A DNA stretch of 64,000 nt from Nitrospirota bacterium (lineage in GTDB: Bacteria; Nitrospirota; Thermodesulfovibrionia; Thermodesulfovibrionales; Dissulfurispiraceae). Each line of letters begins with the position of its first letter. Position 1 is the stretch's first letter. Shown piece after piece: positions 10,645 through 19,926 of the stretch. Location: NCBI GenBank assembly GCA_040754455.1, contig JBFMCP010000009.1, forward strand, positions 22,337 through 86,336. Direction: 5' to 3'. The notes below the pieces were generated by a model. That model searched no databases, was not told the origin of the DNA, and saw only the letters and a list, made by a program, of their open reading frames with translations. Position numbers and translations under genes: made by a program.

Positions 10645-10698
10645 ATGGGTATCCCTCATCATGTAACACGGAGAGGGAATTACCGTCAAGCAGTGTAA
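10645..10698 (+). pseudogene. remnant of an IS200-like/RAYT tyrosine transposase N-terminus
   Basis: Translates MGIPHHVTRRGNYRQAV*, resembling the G.PHHVTQRGN.RQ.VF start of RAYT proteins. Confidence 0.55.
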
Positions 10699-10854
10699 GG
10701 AGTAGAGAGCTTATCTTGATGGGAACATTGGAAGCGATGAGGGCGAAGGTCAGTCGAAAATTATGCTGGAAGATCAAGGCAGTGTGGACTGGTATGAGGC
10801 CTTTGCGATGGAGTCGGGCAACGATCTGTCTTTCTAGAAATAAGTCTTGACATC

Positions 10855-10883
10855 TTGACAATACACCTCCCTCTGCATATACT
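10855..10883 (+). promoter_or_regulatory. sigma70-type promoter of the TA operon
   Basis: TTGACA-17 nt-TATACT, overlapped by an inverted repeat extending to the RBS. Confidence 0.75.
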
Positions 10884-10910
10884 TTATGATGCAAAAGGAG
10901 GTGTTGTATT

Positions 10911-11156
10911 ATGAAGAAGAAAATCGGGACTATTCTTGAGGAAGACCTCATCTTCAAGGCCAAGCGCATTGCGCTCTCTCAAAAAAAGTCGCTGAACTCC
11001 CTCTTTGAGGACGCACTCGTTACCTATTTTAAGGTTCTCGAAGAAAGCGGAAAAAGAAAGGAGAAAAATATAGTCCGGAGTACGCGCGGAGTAATGAAAA
11101 TCCAGAAGTCCACCCTTGGAAAAATCCTGGAGGAAGAGGAGTTCTATGAGTCTTGA
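10911..11156 (+). CDS. putative antitoxin (ribbon-helix-helix-like)
   Basis: 81 aa, strong AAGGAGG RBS, overlaps the start of the PIN gene. Confidence 0.75.
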   Translation: MKKKIGTILEEDLIFKAKRIALSQKKSLNSLFEDALVTYFKVLEESGKRKEKNIVRSTRGVMKIQKSTLGKILEEEEFYES

Positions 11157-11646
11157 CCGCATTGCGCCGGGCTCGCGCGTATTTATCGACGCCAATGTCT
11201 TCATTTATCATTTTACCGGCGCATCGGACGAATGCAGCGCCCTTCTCGAACGATGTGAGCAGGGAGACCTCCTGGGCATAACATCGGCTAACGTGATCCT
11301 TGAGGTGCTCCATAAGCTGATGATGGTCGAAGCGGTCAACAAGGGACTTGTTTCCCCGCCTAACATTGTAGGAAAACTCCAAAAGCAACCACAAACAATT
11401 AAGCAACTCAGTGAATATTTCACCAATGCCCAAAAGATAGAACAGATGGGCATCGATATCAAACCGATTTCCGCGCTCACGATCCTTAAGAGCCAGCCTT
11501 TCAGATTGCGTTACGGCCTGATGACCAATAACTCCCTCATCGCCACCATAATGGAAGAGGAAGGGATTACGGTTCTGGCAACAAACGACGGCGCTTTTTC
11601 AGTTATCGAGGGAATAGATGTGGTTAGTCCTGAAGATGTCGCATAG
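11146..11646 (+). CDS. PIN-domain (VapC-like) toxin
   Basis: VFIDANVFIY, LATND motifs; ATG at 11146 overlapping the antitoxin end. Confidence 0.88.
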   Translation: MSLDRIAPGSRVFIDANVFIYHFTGASDECSALLERCEQGDLLGITSANVILEVLHKLMMVEAVNKGLVSPPNIVGKLQKQPQTIKQLSEYFTNAQKIEQMGIDIKPISALTILKSQPFRLRYGLMTNNSLIATIMEEEGITVLATNDGAFSVIEGIDVVSPEDVA

Positions 11647-11707
11647 GTGCTCGCAGATTAACAGGTTATTTTGATTTCTCTTTGCTCAATAGGGGACAGC
11701 CTGGTCT

Positions 11708-11735
11708 TCCTTTAATTTCCTCTTTCCAGCGTGTT
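11708..11735 (+). repeat. 28-bp direct repeat, right copy
   Basis: Identical to 10534..10561. Confidence 0.9.
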
Positions 11736-11824
11736 AGAATTATTCAGAAGCTTTTTCGTGTAGAGGAAAGTAATGAATGAAATTATCTTTGTTTTAGAAG
11801 AGGACCCTGAAGGAGAGTTTAATT

Positions 11825-12337
11825 ATGAAGCAGTTTCGTTTATTGGCAGCAAGTCTTTTCTTCGCAGCATTCATTTTGTGTAGTGCCTCCTTTGTATCTG
11901 CAGCCAATCCCGGCTCGCCTGCTCCTGCTTTCACGCTCACCGATATAAGCGGCAAGAAAATTTCCCTTTCAGAGCTTAAAGGAAAAGTTGTCCTCCTCAA
12001 CTTCTGGGCCACCTGGTGCGGCCCCTGCAAAGCCGAGATGCCCGCGCTGAATAGGCTGTATATCGAGCTCAAGGACAAAGGATTCGTTATTCTCGCGGTC
12101 TCGCTGGATACTGCGGAGAAACCGGTGAAATCTTTCATCGCTGAAAAGAAGCTCGCCTTTCCCGTGCTCATGGACAGCGACAAGGAGCTGTCCTTTGATC
12201 TTTATGCTGTTATGGGATTGCCGACGACTTTTATCATAGATAAAAAAGGAATCATTGTCGAGCGGATTCTGGGCGACAGAGAGTGGGATGCGCCACAAAT
12301 GAAAGATAAGATACTGAAACTCTTGTCGGGGAGGTAA
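11825..12337 (+). CDS. TlpA/ResA-family thiol-disulfide oxidoreductase
   Basis: Signal peptide, NFWATWCGPC, GLPTTF. Confidence 0.9.
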   Translation: MKQFRLLAASLFFAAFILCSASFVSAANPGSPAPAFTLTDISGKKISLSELKGKVVLLNFWATWCGPCKAEMPALNRLYIELKDKGFVILAVSLDTAEKPVKSFIAEKKLAFPVLMDSDKELSFDLYAVMGLPTTFIIDKKGIIVERILGDREWDAPQMKDKILKLLSGR

Positions 12338-12341
12338 CAAC

Positions 12342-12704
12342 ATGAAGATACGGGGGACTTTAAAGGCGCTGTTCATTATGGTGGGAATACTTACCCTTCT
12401 TGGTGGCTGTGCTTCGAATACTTTTGTCGTCACCAAAGACGGGAAGAGCTATTTCTTCGGAAGCAAGCAGGAGGGGTTTTACAAGCTGCTCTGCGAAACA
12501 GGAGATTTACAGAAGATACTCGCTGACACGCACCTCGCTCAGGAATCAAAGGATAAATTGTATACGTATAATTGTGTCGATCGTTCAAAGGATGCAAAGG
12601 AGAAAGTACGGGAAGCGTATGTAGCGCTCACCCCCGAGCAGCGGCGGGAGCTGCGGCTCACGTTCCAGCTGCACGGGTATGATATCAACTATATGGAATG
12701 TTGA
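12342..12704 (+). CDS. hypothetical lipoprotein
   Basis: LLGGC lipobox; GGAGG RBS. Confidence 0.75.
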   Translation: MKIRGTLKALFIMVGILTLLGGCASNTFVVTKDGKSYFFGSKQEGFYKLLCETGDLQKILADTHLAQESKDKLYTYNCVDRSKDAKEKVREAYVALTPEQRRELRLTFQLHGYDINYMEC

Positions 12705-12766
12705 GGGGACAAGATTCCCGTATCCGGTCGGATACAATAACAAGCTTACGAGCAGGGATAACGATA

Positions 12767-12921
12767 GGCAGGAACGGGTACTACAAGGAGCTTTCTCATG
12801 CGCAATTTATTAGAACTGATCTGCAACACTTCTCCAATAAAAGAATTGTTATTAAAGAGTTTGAAGCCTTATGGAAGTATAAGGAAGCGCGATTAAGCTC
12901 CTTTCCGCACCCGTTCCTGCC
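12767..12921 (+). repeat. ~155-bp structured dispersed repeat (MITE-like or ncRNA), copy 1
   Basis: 13-bp terminal inverted repeat GGCAGGAACGGGT/ACCCGTTCCTGCC, inner AAGGAGCTT/AAGCTCCTT; homologous to 25848, 28269, 62068. Confidence 0.8.
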
Positions 12922-13045
12922 GGAGCCACGTTACTCTTGAATAGATGAGATATTGGATCCCGACTTTTGGAAACGGTTCATTACCTTTTTTCTGACTGCT
13001 TGGTATATAATAGTCAAACTTTTCATATTGTAGAGGAAACCATCT

Positions 13046-13888
13046 ATGACGACATTGACGCAAACCCGCGATATCGAATCTCTGGTCCGGCAGGCCCGGA
13101 AGGTCAGGATCGAGATTCTGAAAATGCTCACCGAATCAGGGTCCGGACACACCGGAGGCTCGCTCTCGGCAGCAGACCTGGTGACCGCACTCTACTTTTA
13201 TAAAATGAAACACCGGCCTCAGGAGCCGAACTGGCCAGGCCGTGACCGGTTTATTCTCTCAAAAGGCCATGCAGCGCCGCTTCTCTATACAGCGCTTGCC
13301 CTGTCGGGTTATTTTGATCCAGCCCTTCTGAAGGATTTAAGAAAAATAGGCTGTCCGCTCCAGGGGCACCCCTCATCAAAGCTCCTCCAGGGCGTCGAGG
13401 TATCCACCGGCTCCCTCGGGCAGGGCCTTTCCATTGCCAACGGCATTGCACTGGGACTGCGCCTCGACAGGAATCCGGCCCGCGTCTATTGCCTCCTCGG
13501 CGACGGCGAGATCCAGGAAGGGCAGGTGTGGGAGGCTGCCATGTCGGCAGGCCACTATATGCTCGATAACCTCTGCGCCATTGTCGATGTCAACGAACTC
13601 CAGATCGACGGCAGGTGCGAGGATGTGATGAAGGTCGAACCGATTGCAGGAAAGTGGAAGGCCTTTAACTGGCATATCTTTGAGATAAACGGCCATAGTA
13701 TGGAAGAGATCGTGCAGTCCCTCGATGAGGCGGAAAAGATCAAGGGCAAGCCCTCGGTTATCCTTGCCCGGACAGTAAAAAGCAAGGGGGTGTCCTTCTT
13801 TGAGGGCAAGGCCGAATACCACGGCGTCACCCCGACGCGGGAAGAGCTCGAAAAAGCACTGAAGGAGTTGAGCGACAATGGGAAGTAG
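13046..13888 (+). CDS. transketolase, N-terminal (TPP-binding) subunit
   Basis: GHTGGSLS, LSKGH, STGSLGQG, GDGEIQEG. Confidence 0.93.
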   Translation: MTTLTQTRDIESLVRQARKVRIEILKMLTESGSGHTGGSLSAADLVTALYFYKMKHRPQEPNWPGRDRFILSKGHAAPLLYTALALSGYFDPALLKDLRKIGCPLQGHPSSKLLQGVEVSTGSLGQGLSIANGIALGLRLDRNPARVYCLLGDGEIQEGQVWEAAMSAGHYMLDNLCAIVDVNELQIDGRCEDVMKVEPIAGKWKAFNWHIFEINGHSMEEIVQSLDEAEKIKGKPSVILARTVKSKGVSFFEGKAEYHGVTPTREELEKALKELSDNGK

Positions 13889-14876
13889 AGAAGAGCAGTC
13901 AGCGGTCAGCGGTCAGCAGTCAGCAGCGCAAACCTTCGCGGGGCAGGCGGTCGCCACACGCGATGCCTATGGCGCCGCACTGCTGGAGTTGGGAAAAAGA
14001 AACAGTAAGGTCGTCGTCCTCGATGCCGACCTCTCGGGCTCGACGAAGACAGTGAAGTTTGCGAAAGCCTTTCCCGAGCGTTTCTTCAACATGGGCATTG
14101 CCGAACAGGACCTCGTTGGCACCGCAGCCGGCCTGTCGCTGACCGGAAAGATCCCTTATGCTTCTACCTTCGCCGTATTCGAGACAGGAAGGGCCTGGGA
14201 GCAGGTGCGGCAGACCCTCTGCTACTCCCATCTCAACGTAAAGCTCGTCGCGACCCATGCCGGCATCACCGTCGGTGAGGACGGCGCCTCCCATCAGGCG
14301 CTTGAGGATATTGCATTGATGCGGGTCATTCCGCAGATGACCGTGATCGTGCCTGCCGACGGCTTCGAGACACAACAGGTCATCGATGCGGTTGCCGAGT
14401 ACGAACATCCCGTGTATGTGCGGTTGGGGAGGGCAAAGGTCCCAGCTGTCATGCCCGCGGATTATAAATTCACCATCGGGAAAGCATACACCTTTGCTCT
14501 CGGCAAGGATGTAAATATAATTGCTACGGGCATCATGGTCGCCAAGGCACTGGAAGCACGGGAGATACTCTCGAAGAAGGGCATCGATGCCGGCGTGATC
14601 AACATGTCGACCGTCAAACCCCTCGATACTGCCGCGATCCTCGAGGCGGCAAAGAGATCGAAGCGCATCATCACTGCTGAGGAGCATTCCGTTATTGGCG
14701 GCCTCGGTGGAGCGGTTGCCGAAGTGCTGTCAGAGCAGTATCCGGTTCCTCTGAGAAGGATCGGGACAAAGGACACCTTCGGCTGCTCCGGATCTCCCGA
14801 CGAGCTGTTGAAACTCTTCGGCCTCACCGCCGAAGCAATCGCTGCTGCTGCAACAGAGCTGATGAACGCCGGTTAA
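13878..14876 (+). CDS. transketolase, C-terminal subunit
   Basis: GIAEQD, GEDGASHQ, EEHSVIGGLG. Confidence 0.93.
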   Translation: MGSREEQSAVSGQQSAAQTFAGQAVATRDAYGAALLELGKRNSKVVVLDADLSGSTKTVKFAKAFPERFFNMGIAEQDLVGTAAGLSLTGKIPYASTFAVFETGRAWEQVRQTLCYSHLNVKLVATHAGITVGEDGASHQALEDIALMRVIPQMTVIVPADGFETQQVIDAVAEYEHPVYVRLGRAKVPAVMPADYKFTIGKAYTFALGKDVNIIATGIMVAKALEAREILSKKGIDAGVINMSTVKPLDTAAILEAAKRSKRIITAEEHSVIGGLGGAVAEVLSEQYPVPLRRIGTKDTFGCSGSPDELLKLFGLTAEAIAAAATELMNAG

Positions 14877-14906
14877 TGGCAATGGCGTAAAGAAGCAGAT
14901 GCTGTA

Positions 14907-15569
14907 ATGATAACGTTTCAGAACGTCTCGAAATATTACGACCACGACACCGCGCTCAGGGGGCTCTCCTTTACCATAGAGAAAGGCGAGATGGCCTTTA
15001 TCACCGGGCCGAGCGGCGCCGGCAAATCGACCCTTCTCAAGCTCATGTATCTATCCGAGTGGCCTGATGAGGGAGAAATTACCATAGGCGACTTCACGCT
15101 TGCCTCACTGAAGCGCCACGATATCCCGCTCCTGAGGAGAGACATCGGCGTCGTCTTTCAGGATTTCAAGCTCATCAACAATCTTACCATCCACGACAAT
15201 GTAGCCCTTGCGCTGAGAATCAGGGGCGTCGGCGAAAAGGACATCAAGACCCGCGTTTCCGAAGCATTGAAAAAGGTCTATCTCCGGCATAAAGCAGACA
15301 GTTACCCGCGGAAGCTCTCCGGAGGAGAACAGCAGCGGGTCGTTATCGCCCGCGCTATCGTCGCAGAGCCGTCGCTCATCCTCGCCGATGAACCGACCGG
15401 GAACCTTGATCCGAACACGGCGCTGGATATTATCCACCTGTTCCGTGATATCAACATCCACGGCACCACTGTGCTGATCGCGACGCATAACAGAGAGCTT
15501 TTCAGGCACACCGGCGCGCGCGTACTCAAGCTCGACAACGGCGCCATCGTAGGAGAGGAGCGGGGCTGA
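14907..15569 (+). CDS. ftsE: cell division ATP-binding protein FtsE
   Basis: [33 protein letters not shown]; upstream of ftsX. Confidence 0.92.
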   Translation: MITFQNVSKYYDHDTALRGLSFTIEKGEMAFITGPSGAGKSTLLKLMYLSEWPDEGEITIGDFTLASLKRHDIPLLRRDIGVVFQDFKLINNLTIHDNVALALRIRGVGEKDIKTRVSEALKKVYLRHKADSYPRKLSGGEQQRVVIARAIVAEPSLILADEPTGNLDPNTALDIIHLFRDINIHGTTVLIATHNRELFRHTGARVLKLDNGAIVGEERG

Positions 15570-16444
15570 TGGCACTGCACTATTCATTCAAATCGGCACT
15601 GCAGAGTCTCTGGAGAGAGAAGTGGATCAATATACTTTCCATGCTCACCGTCGCCTCGAGCCTCCTGATCGCGACGCTCACCGTTTTTACGCTCTACAAT
15701 GTCGAACTGGTGACCAATCACCTCCCCGAACGGTTTTCGATGCTGGTGTATCTGAAAGACCAGCTCTCCCCGGAGGAGACCCAGAACGTGGTCGCTGCGA
15801 TCCGGAAGAGAGCGGAAGTGGCGCAGGCAACGTACATATCCAAAGAGCAGGCGCTCAACGAGCTGAAGCAGACCTTCAAGGATACCCATTCCCTCCTCGA
15901 GGGGCTGGAGGAAAATCCCCTCGCCTCTTCGGTCGAAGTCAGGCTCCGCAAGGATTTCGTCGCAGCTGCAGCGACCTCGAAGATCGCTGAAGAAATTAAA
16001 AAGATCCCCGGCGTCGACAATGTCTACTACGGGGAAAAAGTCGCCGAAGCGATCTACCTGATGAAGAAATCCGTGCAGAATATCAGTGTCATCATTTTCC
16101 TGACGGTCTCGCTGGGGGTCATTTTCGTTACCTACAGCACGGTAAAAATCCTCTTCTACCGCAGGAACGAGGAGATCGATATCCTGAAGCTCCTCGGTGC
16201 GACCAGGGGCTTTATCCGGGCGCCCTTCCTGATCGAGGGCAGCATCATTGGGTTGAGCGGCGGGATTCTGGGAATCATCGGCGCTTTCATTTTTTATATT
16301 GCCGTTACCTATCGGTTGAGTGCAATCATCCCCATATTGAAAACGCTGGTCTTCCCAGCAGGCATTATCGTCGCTCTCCCCTTTGTCGGCATTGTGCTGG
16401 GACTCATCGGCTCCGCAATCGCCCTGGGGAGACTAAAACTCTAA
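15569..16444 (+). CDS. ftsX: cell division permease FtsX
   Basis: ENPL motif, [17 protein letters not shown], four TM segments. Confidence 0.9.
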   Translation: MALHYSFKSALQSLWREKWINILSMLTVASSLLIATLTVFTLYNVELVTNHLPERFSMLVYLKDQLSPEETQNVVAAIRKRAEVAQATYISKEQALNELKQTFKDTHSLLEGLEENPLASSVEVRLRKDFVAAAATSKIAEEIKKIPGVDNVYYGEKVAEAIYLMKKSVQNISVIIFLTVSLGVIFVTYSTVKILFYRRNEEIDILKLLGATRGFIRAPFLIEGSIIGLSGGILGIIGAFIFYIAVTYRLSAIIPILKTLVFPAGIIVALPFVGIVLGLIGSAIALGRLKL

Positions 16445-16460
16445 CAGTGAAGAGTAAAAA

Positions 16461-17699
16461 GTGAAAAGTGAAAAGTTGAGGAGCTTTACATCTTTCACCG
16501 TTTTCATCTTCTTTCTACTGTTCTTTTTTCACTTTTCTCTTTTTACTCTTCACTCTTCACTTCCTGAATCCTTCGCCGGGCATCCCCAGGAAGAATACCG
16601 GCGCCTGCAGAAAGACCTGAAGACACAGAAGAAGAAGCTCGAATCGGTGAGGAGGATAGAGCAGACGGTCCTGGAGGAGCTGAGGAAGACAACCAATGAG
16701 CTCCATGATATCGAGAAGCAGCTCGGCAATCAGAGGGAAAAGATCAGGACGATCCAGCACAATATCGCCGACCTCCAGGAAGAGATCAGGGCCGACAGCG
16801 CCGCGCTCCAGGCCCATAAGAGCCGCTTGAGAAAACGGCTGAGGGCACTCCTTTCCCTCAACTTCGACCGGGATGCCATGCTCGCTCTCATAAGCGGAGA
16901 AGATATCTCCCAAACCTTGCGCATCATGCGGTATCTCAAGGATGTCTCTGCCTATGACTATCGTCTCATACAGAAATACCGGGACGATCTTCGCATTCTG
17001 GCTGAAAAGGAAACGGGATTGAAACGGCTCCATGCCTCGCTCAAGACCGAAGAGAAGAAACTGGCAGGACTGGAGTCATCCCTCAAAGGCAAGAAAAAAG
17101 AGCGTGAAACCCTTCTCGCCAGTGTCAGAAAAGAGAAGGGTATCTACGAGAACATGATCAGGGAGCTGAAAGAGTCATCCAACAGACTCCTGCGGATCAT
17201 ACAGGAATCGGAGCGGCAGGAGCGCGAGGCGAAGAAGAAGCGGAGTGCAAAGGGACGATCCGGGGCAAAGGATGAAGAGCCTGATGAAGACAGCGGGTTC
17301 CTCAGACACAAGGGAAAGCTTCCCTGGCCGGCACAGGGAGAGCTTGCAGTGCAGTATGGGTCGCAGGTCGACCCCCTGTTCAACCTTCCGGTCTTCAGGA
17401 GCGGCATCCATATAAAGACCGATAATGGCTCGCCGGTACGGGCGGTCTACGGCGGCAAGGTCGTTTTCGCCGACGAGTTCAAAGGATACGGCCAGCTGGT
17501 CATCGTCAGCCACGGGAGCGGATACCACACCCTCTACGGGAATCTGGCAAAGATTTTTTCAAAAAATGGCGCTATAATAAAAGAGCATCAAACTATTGGA
17601 GAAGTTGGGGAATCGAGCACTCTGGGAGCTCCCGGTCTCTACTTCGAGATACGGTACAAGGGCAAACCCCTTGACCCGCAGCAGTGGCTGAGAAGATAA
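16461..17699 (+). CDS. envC: murein hydrolase activator EnvC family (coiled coil plus M23)
   Basis: Long coiled coil, KGKLPWP, LYFEIR; follows ftsEX. Confidence 0.85.
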   Translation: MKSEKLRSFTSFTVFIFFLLFFFHFSLFTLHSSLPESFAGHPQEEYRRLQKDLKTQKKKLESVRRIEQTVLEELRKTTNELHDIEKQLGNQREKIRTIQHNIADLQEEIRADSAALQAHKSRLRKRLRALLSLNFDRDAMLALISGEDISQTLRIMRYLKDVSAYDYRLIQKYRDDLRILAEKETGLKRLHASLKTEEKKLAGLESSLKGKKKERETLLASVRKEKGIYENMIRELKESSNRLLRIIQESERQEREAKKKRSAKGRSGAKDEEPDEDSGFLRHKGKLPWPAQGELAVQYGSQVDPLFNLPVFRSGIHIKTDNGSPVRAVYGGKVVFADEFKGYGQLVIVSHGSGYHTLYGNLAKIFSKNGAIIKEHQTIGEVGESSTLGAPGLYFEIRYKGKPLDPQQWLRR

Positions 17700-17801
17700 C
17701 GCGTTATAGTGTTTATTGCGTTCAGCGTTATAACGTTAAAAAATCCTACGCTATAATTCTATAAACGCGTAGCGCGATAAACGCTGATGTTGGAGGAGAA
17801 G

Positions 17802-19100
17802 ATGCTTTCAAAGAGGATGTGGCTGCTGGTGCCCCTGTTCCTGATCATCGCTGTTATCGGTATTATTGTGGGGAGATGGTCGGTCGACACGGTGAGCGCA
17901 GAGAGCAGTTATGAAGAGCTGAGGACCTTTGTCGAGGTCCTTACCCTGGTGAAGAAAAACTATGTCGACGACGTCACAACAAAGGAGCTGGTTACCGGTG
18001 CCATTAAAGGGATGGTGGCGTCTCTTGACCCTCATTCAGGGTACATGACGCCCGAATCCTTCAAAGAGCTTCAGGTAGAGACAAAAGGAGAATTCGGCGG
18101 ATTGGGCATACAGATAGGAGTGAAAGACGCGGTCCTCACCGTCATCGCCCCTATAGAGGATACGCCGGCCTTCAAAGCGGGCATCAAGGCGGGAGACAAG
18201 ATCATCAAGATCGCGGGAGAATCGACAAAGAACATGGCGATCACCGATGCCGTCACCAAGATGAGGGGCGCGAAGGGGACTTCCATTGTCTTGACCATCA
18301 TCAGGGAGGGATGGAAAGAGCCGAAGGACTTCACCCTCGTCAGAGATGTGATCAAGATAAAGAGCGTCAAGGCAAAGATGCTGGAGCCTGCCATCGGATA
18401 TATAAAGATCACCCAATTCCAGGAGACAACGGCCTCCGACCTGTCGAGTGCATTAAAGAGACTGAAAAAAGAGGGTATGACCTCGCTCATCCTCGACCTC
18501 AGGAACGACCCGGGCGGGCTGCTCAACAGCGCCGTCGAAGTGGTTGACCAATTCCTCCCTGCCAAAAAACTCGTGGTCTATATAAAAGGAAGGGACGGCG
18601 AGAAGATCGAGTACCATACCGAAGGCCGTGAGGTGATATATCCCGACATGCCGATGGTGGTCCTCGTCAATCAGGGCAGTGCGAGTGCGGCCGAGATTGT
18701 AGCAGGAGCTCTAAAAGATTGGAACAGGGCAATTATCATCGGGGTACAGACCTTCGGCAAGGGCTCGGTGCAGAGTCTGGTGCCACTCAGCGACGGTTCC
18801 GGACTCCGGCTTACGACAGCGAAATACTATACCCCAAAGGGAACGAGCATACAGGGAGTCGGCATTACGCCCGATATCGTCGTCAAGCTCGAGGTAAAGG
18901 ACGGAAAGGCAAGCCATGAGATCATCAGGGAGCGCGATCTGGAACGTCACCTCAAAAACGACGACCAGCAGGAGCTCCCGGAGGAAAAAGAGATGGCTCC
19001 CCTCGAGGTTGACGAGAAAGACGATCTCCAGCTGCAGCGGGGAATCGATACGCTCAAGACCTGGTCTGTTTTCGAAAAGATGCTCAAGAAGGCAGCGTAG
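17802..19100 (+). CDS. ctpA: S41 carboxyl-terminal processing protease
   Basis: PDZ domain, DLRNDPGG, SASAAEI, TFGKGSVQ; GGAGG RBS before ATG at 17802. Confidence 0.9.
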   Translation: MLSKRMWLLVPLFLIIAVIGIIVGRWSVDTVSAESSYEELRTFVEVLTLVKKNYVDDVTTKELVTGAIKGMVASLDPHSGYMTPESFKELQVETKGEFGGLGIQIGVKDAVLTVIAPIEDTPAFKAGIKAGDKIIKIAGESTKNMAITDAVTKMRGAKGTSIVLTIIREGWKEPKDFTLVRDVIKIKSVKAKMLEPAIGYIKITQFQETTASDLSSALKRLKKEGMTSLILDLRNDPGGLLNSAVEVVDQFLPAKKLVVYIKGRDGEKIEYHTEGREVIYPDMPMVVLVNQGSASAAEIVAGALKDWNRAIIIGVQTFGKGSVQSLVPLSDGSGLRLTTAKYYTPKGTSIQGVGITPDIVVKLEVKDGKASHEIIRERDLERHLKNDDQQELPEEKEMAPLEVDEKDDLQLQRGIDTLKTWSVFEKMLKKAA

Positions 19101-19184
19101 GCGCTATAGCGCAAAAGGCATGGTAAAAAGCCCTGGTTGTTTTTTTTCGCTATAACGCCGTACGCTTAACTCTATAGCCCTCGT

Positions 19185-19868
19185 ATGAGTCGCGTTATCT
19201 TCGATATAGAGACGGTAGGAATGGATTTCGATTCCCTCGATCCCTCCACGCAGGAATACCTGCTCAAATGGACGGAAACCGAAGAAGAGAGGGCGCGCGT
19301 TAAAGAGAGCCTCTCTTTTTATCCGCTCACCGGTGAGGTCATTACCATTGGGATGCTCAATCCCGATTCGAACAAAGGCGCTGTCTTTTTCCAGACACCG
19401 GGAGAGCCGGTCCCCCCCTTTGAGGAGGACGGCATCAAATATGAGGGAGGTACGGAGAAAGATATCCTCGAAAAATTCTGGAACACCGTCAAAGCCTACG
19501 ACCAATTCATCACCTTCAACGGCAGGGTCTTCGATTGCCCCTTCCTCATCATCCGCTCAGCAGCCCACAGGATTAAGCCCCTCCGCGACCTGATGCCGAA
19601 CAGATACAACGGCGCCCATATCGACCTCCTCGATCAACTCTCTTTCTACGGCGCCTCGAAGCGGCGGTTCAGCCTCGATATGTGGTGCAAAACCTTTAAC
19701 ATCAAAAGCCCGAAGGCAGACGGCATTACGGGATATCAGGTCAAAGATCTTTTCACCGCAGGCCGGCATGTCGATATCGCGAAATACTGTGCCGGCGACC
19801 TGAGGGCCACGCGGGAGCTGCTTTTCATCTGGGAAAATTATATCAGGTTTTACGGAGAGCGCTGCTGA
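19185..19868 (+). CDS. DEDD 3'-5' exonuclease (RNase H-like)
   Basis: FDIET, FNGRVFD, YCAGD motifs. Confidence 0.8.
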   Translation: MSRVIFDIETVGMDFDSLDPSTQEYLLKWTETEEERARVKESLSFYPLTGEVITIGMLNPDSNKGAVFFQTPGEPVPPFEEDGIKYEGGTEKDILEKFWNTVKAYDQFITFNGRVFDCPFLIIRSAAHRIKPLRDLMPNRYNGAHIDLLDQLSFYGASKRRFSLDMWCKTFNIKSPKADGITGYQVKDLFTAGRHVDIAKYCAGDLRATRELLFIWENYIRFYGERC

Positions 19869-19926
19869 TCTGCGTAATTCATGGATCAGAGGGGCTCGGG
19901 AGTGCCAAGCTCCGGTGCCGGCCTAT

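Noticed and set aside
12698..12940. 80-aa ORF, also 8027..8257 and the extension 28411..28590
   Set aside because: They overlap dispersed repeat elements and have no coding signals
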